64,000 nt of DNA, taken from Macrostomum lignano. Its lineage: Eukaryota. The stretch covers positions 248,001 to 312,000 of the forward strand of contig NIVC01000309.1 in assembly GCA_002269645.1 (NCBI GenBank), written 5' to 3'. The notes under the pieces were generated by a model. It did no database searches and was not told the DNA's origin. It worked only from the letters and a program-made list of their open reading frames with translations. Both the position numbers and the translations under genes were made by a program. Below are positions 23,617 to 34,400 of the stretch, in pieces. Positions within the stretch are counted from its first letter, which is position 1; every line of letters begins with the position of its first letter.

Positions 23617-26460
23617 ATGCCGATCTTCCTCTGCCTCAGCTGCCGCAGCCGGCTCTTGCTCGACTTAGCCAGCGGCTCCCTCCCGCTGCTCCGGCCGAGT
23701 CGCCGCTGTCTGAAGGCGTCGCCGCGGCCTTCGCCGAACGGGCAGCAGCAGCAGCAGCGGGGGCAGCCGAAGCCCAAGCTGTTCTTCAGGCGCATCGGCC
23801 AGCTGGCGGAGTCGCCGGTTTCAACCGAGCCGCTGTCGCTGTCAGCCGGAGGCCACGCCTTCCAGCTGGCCGCCAGGGCCGTCGCAGCCCTGGCAGTGGG
23901 CGGCCTGGTGTCCGTGATGGTCAGCGAGCGTCGGAACCGTCACCGACGCGACTGTGCCAGTCAGCTGAGTCAGTACGACCTGGGCTACGTTGGCATTCAG
24001 GAAGACGACGGCTTGGACAAGATTGTCCAGGATTTAAGATGGACATCGCCTGCCCTGCTCTACTGCGGCGTGGCGCTGGCCCTCAACAGCCTGCTGGGCT
24101 CCAGGCGGATGCCGCTTGATAAGCTGGCCAAGCTGAGCCGGCATGCGCTGGACCAGCCCGGCAGGTGGGCCCTGCTCTGTGCCCTTTTTCAGTACCCTTT
24201 CAGTGCCTTTTTTGAGCCCTTTTAAGTGCCTATTTAGAGCCCTTTCTAAGTGCCTTTTCAGTGCCCTTTTTAGTGCCTTTTTAGAGCCTTTTTAAGTGCC
24301 TATTTAGAGCCCTTTCTAAGTGCCTTTTCAGTGCCTTTTTAGAGCCCTTTTTAGAGCCCTTTTTAGTGCCTATTTAGAGCCCTTTCTAAGTGCCCTTTTA
24401 GTGCCTATTTAGAGCCCTTTCTAAGTGCCTTTTCAGTGCCTTTTTAGAGCCCTTTTTAGAGCCTTTTTAAGTGCCTATTTAGAGCCCTTTCTAAGTGCCT
24501 TTTCAGTGCCCTTTTAGAGCCCTTTTTAGAGCCCTTTTTAGTGCCTATTTAGAGCCCTTTCTAAGTGCCCTTTTAGTGCCTATTTAGAGCCCTTTCTAAG
24601 TGCCTTTTCAGTGCCTTTTTAGTGCCTTTTTAGAGCCCTTTTAAGTGCCTATTTAGAGCCCTTTCTAAGTGCCTTTTCAGTGCCTTTTTTAGCCCTTTCT
24701 AAGTGCTTTTTTAGTGCCTTTTCTCAGTGCCTTTTTAGTGCCTTTTCTCAGTGACTTTTTAGTGCCTTTTCTCAGTGCCTTTTTAGAGCCCTTTCTCAGT
24801 GACTTTTTAGAGCCCTTTCTCAGTGCCTTTTTAGAGCCCTTTCTCAGTGACTTTTTAGTGCCTTTTCTCGGTGCCCGTTCAGTGCCCTCTCTCAGTGCCC
24901 TTTCTCGTTTTCTTTCTTGGTACGTTTCCCAGTGTCCTGTGCCTTTTTAAATGCTTTGTCTTTGTCACGTGTCCAACTCTAGTGAGTGCCCCAGTGCCTG
25001 TGCCCTACTCTGCCCATCCTCAGTGCCCATTGTTGTTAGTGTGCAAGATTGCATCAGGCACCACGGGTCTTCAATGCCAACAATGTCCATTGCTGTTCTA
25101 CCGCACTGTACACTTCTTAACTTACCTGTGCACCCACCGATCCCTGCCTCAACCAGGTCGGCCATCCTGACTTCTCCCTGGTTGAGTTCGGTCTGCGAAT
25201 TTCAAGTTTTTGGATTCTTATCCACCATCAGCGCGCTGAGTCTGTTGAGCCCACTGAAGTTCGGCTTATCGCCCGAAGAAAAGGTTGGCTGCATTTTGCT
25301 GCTTTTGCTATTGTGGGCGTAACGGGTGTTCCGGTTACCTGGTGACTGGGTGCCCTGGGGTGCCGGTTACCTGGTGACTGGGTGCCCTGGGGTGCCGGTT
25401 ACCTGGTGACTGGGTGCCCTGGGGTGCCGGTTACCTGGTGACTGGGTGCCCTGTGGTGCAGGTGTTCCGGTTACCTGGTGACTGGGTGCCCTGGGGTGCC
25501 GGTTACCTGGTGACTGGGTGCCCTGGGGTGCCGGTTACCTGGTGACTGGGTGCCCTGGGGTGCCGGTTACCTGGTGACTGGGTGCCCTGGGGTGCCGGTT
25601 ACCTGGTGACTGGGTGCCCTGGGGTGCCGGTTACCTGGTGACTGGGTGCCCTGTGGTGCAGGTGTTCCGGTTACCTGGTGACTGGGTGCCCTGGGGTGCC
25701 GGTTACCTGGTGACTGGATGCCCTGGGGTGCCGGTTACCTGGTGACTGGGTGCCCTGTGGTGCAGGTGTTCCGGTTACCTGGTGACTGGGTGCCCTGGGG
25801 TGCCGGTTACCTGGTGACTGGGTGCCCTGGGGTGCCGGTTACCTGGTGACTGGGTGCCCTGGGGTGCAGGTATTTAATCCCAGAGCACCTTTACAACTCA
25901 GCCACAGGCGGCAGACCCTAAGAGTTATTACCCCAATCCGAATCCAGATTCTGGCCTTCATCGCCGGCTCGCTGACCGGCTCAGCATTTCGCTGCGCCTA
26001 TCAGCAGTCTCTGCTGCTGCTGCTCAGCAGGGAGCGCCGGCCGCTGGGCCACTGGTGCGGGCCGCACGCCGGCCTGGCCGCTCTGGTCGCCTTGCACCTG
26101 CTCTCTCTGAGAAGCGTCACTGCCAAAGTGCAACAGCAAAGCCAGTTGGGACAGGAGGAGCCGGCATTCGCTCGATCTGTTCGGCGAGACTTTCTCGAGT
26201 TTCGGTCTGGGCTGTGCTCAGCTCTGCTGATTGGCTGGGCAGCCTTCAACCTAGTCTTCCTGGTGCGCTATCGCCGGTTGCGGGCGCCGGTGTTGGGCCC
26301 GGCGGCACCGGCTTTGAAGCACGCCTCCACCCTGGCTGGACTGGCCGCCGCCTGCGGCATTCATGCCGCTATTGAGTACAGAACTCAAGCAGTTGCTGAG
26401 CTGCCTGCGGCCTCAGACTCAGCTCCCCAACCTGTTCCGGCTGCAACACCTGCCGTTTAA
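23617..26460 (+). CDS. PARL-like rhomboid pseudoprotease (~395 aa, 3 exons), catalytic residues lost
   Basis: Exons 23617-24164, 25157-25283, 25948-26460 (GT-AG, phases 2/0, total 1188 nt, intact frame). Hydrophobic segments align by eye to PARL: LSPEEKILAFIAGSLTG ~ LGQEQFMAVYLSAGVIS; WCGPHAGLAALVA ~ SLGASGAIMTVLA; KHASTLAG ~ DHAAHLGG. Confidence 0.65.
24175..24900. repeat. Composite ~10-11-bp-subunit minisatellite (tagagccctttctaagtgccttttcagtgcc..)
   Basis: Tandem subunits in intron 1 of the pseudoprotease gene. Confidence 0.92.
25325..25870. repeat. 32-bp minisatellite (ggttacctggtgactgggtgccctggggtgcc)n
   Basis: Tandem copies in intron 2 of the pseudoprotease gene. Confidence 0.95.
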
Positions 26461-26599
26461 TTAACTGGGCAGCCGATGTTGGATTGTCTGTCATGCCTGT
26501 CAAAGCTGGACTCAGAAATCATCTGAAATAAACTTGAGCAAAACATTGCTGCTGAATGCGCCTGATTTATACATGCAAGACTGGACTTTTTCGCTGCAA

Positions 26600-29330
26600 A
26601 TAGTTAATGTTAATCATTAAATCGATAATGATGCAGACCCCAAAGCCGGCGTGGCCGTGTAACAATGGACTTCCTGGAAATTTCAGCATCCCTTGAGGGG
26701 ATCATGTAGCGCTGAAAGAGGTAGAGAGTGCGGGGTTCACCGTCAGACAAGACGTGGAGCCCGCCGCCGTCTCTCAAGTCTTCGAGGCAGAGGTCGGCGT
26801 GAGTCAGGAGCTTGCGCTTAGCCATGGCTCTATGGGGCAGGAAACGAATGCCAGCGTCAATCAGACGGCGGGCAGTCTTAGCCGCTTCCCTGTGGACAAA
26901 GCGTTGAGGTCATCGTAAGGAGCAGACGGCAGGAGACTCCTGAGAGTCTTCAGGCAGGTCTTCATCTGCAGTTCGCTAGCCCAGATCAGGCCGCCGGGCG
27001 CGCATGCCGCAGATAGCAGGCCTAACCATTGCTGTGTAGATCCACCAGAGGCGCTTGGGGGTGAGCCCCCAGGTGGTGCCGACAGCCCTGCGCAGCTGCG
27101 CGAGGACTGCGAGGGCCCTCTTGGCTTTTGCTTGAACGTGGGGTGACCAGTTCAGCCTGTGGTCCAGGGTAATACCTAGACATTTAGTCTGCTTGCAGAG
27201 GGGGATTTCCCTTCCGTAAAGCGTGAGCGGCCGAATCTGCCACTTGGTCCTGCTACATTTCCTCCTAACATAGGCTATGGAGGTCTTCGCCTCTCTGATT
27301 AATGCCAGTGCTGCCCCAGTGAGTATGGTGGGCGTTGATGTCGCCGGCAATCATGAGCTCGTAGTTCTTGGCAGAGCAGAGCTCAACCAGCGTAGCGAGG
27401 GCTCTGGGGACGACCGCGGCATCGCCTGGTGCTGCGGGTGGTCTTCCCAGGAAGGAGGTCCTCGGATTGGATGAAACAGATGTCCCTGGTCCGATCTGAG
27501 TCACACACTGAGCGTTTTGATCGCAAAGATGCAAGCTCTGGGAGGCTGGTTGGCCTCGCAATTGTTGCCGGCAGGGGCGTTCTGGGGCTTACCTTTGAGG
27601 TTCCAGGGTTCCTGGACGAGGACGAGCCCCGGCATGTCGAGCTGTTCGACGTAACAACAACAAAATACGCGGCCCCGCAAGCAAAGGTCACAGTTAGAGC
27701 AGGGCGCGTCACATTGCGCGCCGCAGAGCCTGGGAGCGAACGAAGTCCGCTCCGTTGGCAGTGTCGGGTGCCCCAGCGTCGCACAGCAGGCATGGTCCAC
27801 GTATCGACGGGTTCGGGCCTGACCCGCCTGAACGGACCCTGCAAGGTGAGCTGAGCAGGACGTCCTGAACAGTTTGGTGGCAGTAGCCCTCGGCCCGGAT
27901 AACGTGGTCCGCCAGTTGAAGTCGCTGCCGGCGCAGGATGGTGGACAATTGCGCTGCAGCTTGGCCCGATCGCTCAGCGTGGACGTTACCGTCGCCTCCA
28001 CCGCGTGCTTCGGTGCCATCACTCCCATCCCCTCCGCCTCGTTGGTCAGGTCGATGCGATGCGGGTGACGCCTTGCAGCCTCCTGGTGAGTAGCGGACTC
28101 GAATCAGTGGGTCAGCGCCTCCCCGCCGACAGCCTGGCCCTCTGGCTGTTAGGGTGGACGGCGAGAAGTGCGGACCCGCTCATGATACGCCCAGCGCGCG
28201 CTGAATCAGACCGGACCTCCGGGTGCTCCTGGCAGGTCTGCGGTTGCGATTTCCGGTTTCGGCAGCGCAAACTGCCTTACCAGGCTTGGAGTCAGCCGTT
28301 TGCGATCAGCTTCTTTGCCGGAGGAGCCTGGGAAGTTCCGGTTTCGGAAGCCTCAGCATGCTTGGTTTTGTCAGCTTTCCGCTCCTCGCAACGGAGGATG
28401 GTCCGCTAAGTCGGACCAAGGTGGATTGTGGACTAGGCGTCCAGCGCTTAGCCCAGGCGTCAGAGAGCTCTAGCTATAGGATCACCGTGGCCCCCTTCTC
28501 CTGTGGCGTGGTGTAGGAGCCCGTTGATCTCGAGGTCAGGGTGCAGCTTTAGCAGGATCTGCCTAAGCTGATCTCCGGACTTAATGGCACTGACGGCCGG
28601 GATCCAGACGAGAAAGCGTTAGGTCTTTTGTCGCTCGCCCTCGCTGTCGAAGACGAGCTTGCCGAGCTTCTTGGACCAGTTCAGTTTTGGCTGAAGCTCA
28701 CGTAGACTGCGGCTGCTCTCCTAAGAGTTGCACCAGATGAAGATGCAGCCGTCGGTCTTGGCAGATTTGACCACGCTCACGGCCTGCCATGAGCGCAGTA
28801 TCAATTAATGGTGCGCCAGGCACTGTCGAGCTCATCGGCAGGACGTCTCGCTCTTCCCCGGTTGGAGCGTGACCTTTTGATGCGTAGTTGGTGGCGGCGG
28901 TTCCCGAAGGCCCGGCCGCGCTGGTTGTTGCAGGTTTGCTGGGTATCTCACCAGCGGGGGTTGTGTCCAGGGGTCGCTGGGCTTCTTTCGGCCCATAACA
29001 GCAGCAGCCTCGCCCTCCCAGGTTCCCCTCCGCAGGTGGCCGGCCCACAGCTTCCCGTTGTCGCCGTCGCCGCTCATTGCAGCGTTGTTTGCAAGCACGT
29101 AAGGCCTCCGCAGATGGCCCGGGTGCGCGTGCGTGCTTTGTCACCAGAGTGACCAGACGAACCGGCGGCGAGCCCGCGCGTCTGCCCCCGGTGGGGCGGC
29201 GCTGGCGCTAGAGTCACCGGCCGGACCACAGTAGTCTGAAAGTTCTCACGACACTTCAATGCAATCGAATCGACTCTGGTCCAACTGCGACGTATGACGT
29301 CGTTTTTCGGTCGATGTAATGTAAAAAGCA
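26600..29330 (-). mobile_element. Degenerate non-LTR retrotransposon, LOA/R1-like; RT core deleted
   Basis: Minus-strand remnants: ORF1-like segments with stops (GCIFIWCNS*..KLNW..RFLVWIP..LKLHPDLEI), AP endonuclease motifs LVLVQEPW and IAGDINAHHTHWGSTGINQRGEDL, then directly the post-RT segment GREIPLCKQTKCLGITLDHRLNWSPHV..TWGLTPKRLWWIYTAMVRP and FVHREAAKTARRL. Clade assignment by motif recall only. Confidence 0.85.
27652..28030 (-). mobile_element. 5'-truncated RTE-family 3' fragment nested in the LOA/R1-like element
   Basis: STILRRQRLQLADHVIRAEGYCHQTVQDVLL and GQARTRRYVD match the C-terminus of the RTE at 59070-59400; ends in a (TTG)n-like tail just before the host LVLVQEPW motif. 5' boundary uncertain (could reach ~28210). 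Confidence 0.75.
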
Positions 29331-30475
29331 CATATCTCATATCTGGCAACGACAGTACATGTTACATGTTATGCTGGCGAAGTATGTTATGCTGGCAGTA
29401 TTAAGTACAGTAGTACAGTATCAAATCAAAAAATAAATTCCCCCAGAATATAGAAAAGCATAAAAACTTAGAAATAGCCTGTAAGAGTAAGAGAAGAGGA
29501 GCTGACGAGAACCCACGTGCGATTTTAAGATTGCAAAGTGCGTCATCATCATCACAATGTTTAGCTAATGAAGGCTGGCGGCGATTACGGCAAAGGCACG
29601 TAATATGTATGAAAGAATGTAGTATAGGTGGACTAGTGTTACTATTTTTGTTTTAATTCATCAACTTCTCGGAAATCAAATACTAGTTCAAATTTCGCGA
29701 AATTACCGATCCAAACCTCCATGCTCTCTCTCTAATGAGTAATGTATGGCTGTGCTGTGACAGTCTGACTGAACAGCAGAGTCTTAGTTTTTTAATGCCA
29801 ATGGATTTGCCTAAATATTAACTTTTGTTGCATATAAATCAATTTTACCTTTTCAGTCTTGACTTAAATGCTTTTTAAAATACTTATAAAAATAGATAAA
29901 TCTCTTTCCCCGACCCCAATATACTATAAAGTATAATTGCTCTTATATGACCATGTCTATAATGTAGGGGTGGTGAAGCCTAATATATCAGGGGTACCAG
30001 ACTGGGACACAAGGGCACAAGTATCTCTATAAGCTACTAATTAGGGCCTAAAATTAAAAAAAGCATTAAAAATTAAAAGTCTACCAATATTAGCTATTAA
30101 TATTACAGTATTACTAAGCTCTCAAACATCAGAAACTCAAAAATGCATGTTTATATTAATGATTCTTAATTATTAGTATATACTAGAGTTATAGGCTTAT
30201 GTTTAAGAACATAATCCTTTGTATTATATTAGTATTGTTATATCATGATTGTACATTTCATATGCTAAAGACCCCTTGTATATACTAGAATTTTCTATTG
30301 AAAAGGCTATTTTTCCTATGACTTTTCTCTTTCATATTATATCCTTTTTCTTAGAAGCAGAAAAGCAGAAAAAATATAAAAAGAAAAAAGTCCTTTATTT
30401 AGTTATATTGTATGCTAAGTTTGCATTAGCAAAATGTAATCTGGCTTTTCTAACCCTTATGAAAAGACATTTAAT

Positions 30476-31132
30476 GGGTACCAGTTGTTTTGGTGACAAG
30501 ATGTTTCGGTGACAGACGTTTCGGTGACAAATAGTCGTTTTGGTGACAAGTTGCAATTGTGATAGACCCACTTCATTTTCAATGAAAAATCAAAGATTTC
30601 ATGAGTATTGTTATTTTAGTGTTAAGAGGCGTTTCATAATATTTGGTTGTAGTTATTTTGTTAAGATTTATGTTTCGTAATGTATTTAAAAATTTTCGTC
30701 AAAAGAATGTATTTAAAAAAAGAAAGCAAACTAATTATATTGTTTTCTTCCTGTGCAGATCGTTTTGAATTGTCCTAGAGTGTTCAGACACATAAACCAT
30801 AAACCTAGAGAGAATCCTCATGAAATGCAGACCACGAGAAAGGCGGAGATATTCACTCGTTGATGCTTTTGCATGTTTAAATTGGAAAACATAATTCAAA
30901 AGACCGCAACTCTATAATTGTAAATAAACAAAATTAAATACAGAAATACTTAACTGTTTAAAAAAATATAAAATTTTAAGCTTAATATTCCTTAAGATTT
31001 TCTAAGTAATTTTCTGTTTAAAAACAGGATGGCCATAACTAAAATTGTATTTTTCTTGTCACCGAAATGACTTTTGCTTGTCACTGAAAGGACTGTCACT
31101 GAAACGTCTTGTCGCCGAAATGACTGTAATCC
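30476..31132. mobile_element. Non-autonomous TIR element (MULE-like MITE), ~660 bp
   Basis: Imperfect TIRs built of tttcggtgaca subrepeats (left gggtaccagttgttttggtgacaag.., right ..cttgtcgccgaaatgactgtaatcc). Flanked by acatttaat (30467-30475) and acatttaac (31133-31141), an 8/9 match as a 9-bp TSD. Confidence 0.72.
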
Positions 31133-31485
31133 ACATTTAACTTAGCAATCAAATGCCTTAATATAAGTGTATCTTTTTACTAAAAAGGAATTTATCATAA
31201 TATTAGTAAAATTAATATTATTAGATTTGCCATAAAGCTTATTAAACAATATAAGTATATAACTCTTATGGTTTAACTTGACTATGCAACTTTATGGGCT
31301 ATATATAATATAAGTAAGAATAAGAAAATTATTTTTAACAACTTTTTTGATTGTACAAACTCATTATTTACTCTTCTATATTATAATCAAGGAAGTTTTT
31401 GAAATAATGCCAAACTTTTATGTCAATTTGTTTTAATTTTGTGTGGTATACTAAAGTTGCTTTATTTGTTTATGCTATTTCCCAT

Positions 31486-34400
31486 ATGGAAGACAACTAT
31501 CAATTTAAGATATCTTCAGGTCCACCATCTTTGGATTCTGATGTGAATGCTGAATCTGATGAAGCTGGTGCAGATGGTTTTTCTGTTTATAATGAAGCAG
31601 TTAGCAATCAAAATGCTGCTCATATAAAGCTAGAAAGTGAAGCAACCAGTGTATCTGAGTCAGGCGCTGCAAGTAGTATGTATAGACAGCAAGATACTGG
31701 CAATGCAGAGTTAGAAGCAGATTATGTTGCACCAAATTCCAAGTATGGTAATGCGACACTGGAGGACAATAAGCCTGCACTACCTGACGAAGACTTTGCT
31801 GATTTTGGTGAATTTGCCGATTTTAACAGTGCACCTGCATTTGAACAACCAACTGCAACTGGGATAGGATCAGAATGCTCAGCTGAGCAAGTAGCAATTA
31901 GCCAAGAAAGCAGTGATGATAAGACAGATGTTGCAGTCAAAGAGATAGATTTAGAAGAGGCAAAAGTCAAATCTGCCTCTGAAGAACCTAAAGAAGCGCT
32001 TGATGAATCTGTCAAAGCAGATGGAGTCGATTCTGAAGTAAAGGAACAACAAAAACCCGAACCGGAAGTAGAGACTCAATCACCAGCAGATCTAGGGGTC
32101 AGAGTTGAAACGGATGATCTGAATGCCAACTCGGTAGCAGGAGCGGAGATCCAACCAGAAGAACTAGAAGCTACTGATGAAGCAAATAACGAGATTAAAG
32201 TTGAAGCGGAGGTGAAGATCGAATTGGAAACAGAACCGGAAGTAAAGGCTCAAACAGATGAAGATGGTAGAACAGCAATTAAGACTGAATCGGTGGAACT
32301 GGGCACAGTTGACGAACTAAGAAATGTTGAGAAACCCGAAGCGAAAGCAGAAGTGAAGACCGAATCCAAAGAACCGGAAGCAATTAGCGAATCTAAAGAA
32401 AGTGATAAAGCCAAACTTAAAGCAGAAATCACGACCGAATCAGATGAACCCGAAGCAAGTTTCAATGAAATAGTTAAACCCAGAGAGTCAGGAGTGGAAA
32501 CGGAAGTAGAAGTCAGTTCAGATACAATCCCAGAAGTCGAGCTAAAGTCTAATGTCGAATTCCCAACTGAACCGGAGTTAGAGCCGGTGCCTGGCCAGGA
32601 TTCTGAAGTCCAACCGGAAACAGTTGCAGATTTCAACGACATAGAATTCGAGGCAGACTTTGCCGCTTTTGAGACAGCTGCTGATGGTGAAGAGCAAACG
32701 AACGATAGCAACGATCAGTGTTTACAAGAAAATGAAGTCGACGCGGATGATGCAGATTGGGCAGAATTCGCCGATCCTCCAGCAGCCGATGCTGTTAATG
32801 ACAAGCCGCCGACAGTCTCTGCTGTCAGTGAAGTTTCTGGCGACGGCAACGTTAATGACGACGACTTTGGCGAAGATGATGACGACTTTGGCGACTTTGA
32901 AGAGTTTCAAGGCGCCCAGCCGATCTCTTCGGAGCGTCGATTAAATAAGCTGTGCGCCGACTTGCGCGCTGCTCTTGACAAACTGCTGGCTGACGCGCTC
33001 GGCGCCGCATCCGAGGAGGTCGACGACGTTGACAATGATGCTGATAGTGATGAAGTCGATTTGAATATCGATTCGCAGCGATTAGAGCAGCTGCTGCAGG
33101 CAGAAAGTACCGCACAATTGGAGGATGTGAAGGCTATTGTATCGCAGGCTGCGTCAAGGTTGGTTTTTTGCCTGTGACTGGGAAAAGTAGTTAATGTACT
33201 TTTGCGATGCATTGTCGAGAATGGATAAAAGGCTGTATTGTAACCACTGATACTAGAATAACTAGATGGGCCACTCAGGCATATATACTTAGCAAAACAG
33301 CTTTCTACTTTCAGTTCAGTAGCAAATAAGAATACAGAAGCTATTTTATAAAAATAAAGGCAGCTGAGATGACTTTGATAATTTTAGAAGCCAAAGCCCA
33401 AGCTTAACAGGCATAAACAACTTGCTAATTGGTTCAGCGATAATGTACATTAGGCCAGTCCACTGAAATGTACATGGCAGCTTTAGACTGGAATTCCTAG
33501 AAAGGCAATAAAATTAGGGTGGGGGATAGTGTGGAAAGGCACGGTCGGAGGGTTTAAGCTGGAAGGGGGGGGGGTAAGAGCCAATAAATAAGCCTCGGAG
33601 GGAGAGCCGTAGCCTTATACAGTTAAGGGGCCGCTGTACACTCCTGTGCGTGTGTGCCAGTGCGTATGACTGCGTACAGGGGAGTCGGCGGAATGGCCAG
33701 TAATGCCTCTCGCCGGTTGTGTGACAATGTCGCTTACAAAAATTCACCAGAGTATCAATTCACCATATTGAATTGAATCCAATATTTCATGACGCGCATA
33801 ACACTACTGTCACAAACTAACAAGTAGTCTCTTCCACTTTTTATTAACTTTCCAATCACCAGAGAGCAGAAGCAGGTCTGCCATTGCATTCACTGGTCAG
33901 TTGGTCATGTACAGACAGTATATAGTTTCCTTTTATTTTTTTATTTTTAATTATTACGGTGTCCATGTCATCCAGTTTTTGTGTGATTTTTTGGGAGTTT
34001 GAATTCTTCCCGTTCTCTTCCCCATCATGTGCCCACCTTTGTTTCTGGTGGAGATGTTTTATACTATATAAGTAAACTTTGTTTCTATAAAGAATTCATG
34101 AACCTGATGTATACTACACCCTACATTCACGCAGTCATCCAACAACTACCAATGTCTGGTCTAACCTGATGGACTTGGAGAACTCGCCCACAGTCAAGTA
34201 CCAATGGTCCCAGTCTGTCTTCTATGAGGAGTCGCTTAAAGCTTTGCATATTGACGTCAGGAACTTGGTGAGCTATGGAGTGCCACCCCTCCACCCCATA
34301 ATCCTTGTTTCGTTTCCACCCCTCCTCCCCATGATCCTTGATTAGCTGCCGCCCCTCTACCCCATGACCCTTGATTGGCTGCCATCCCTCTACCCCATGA

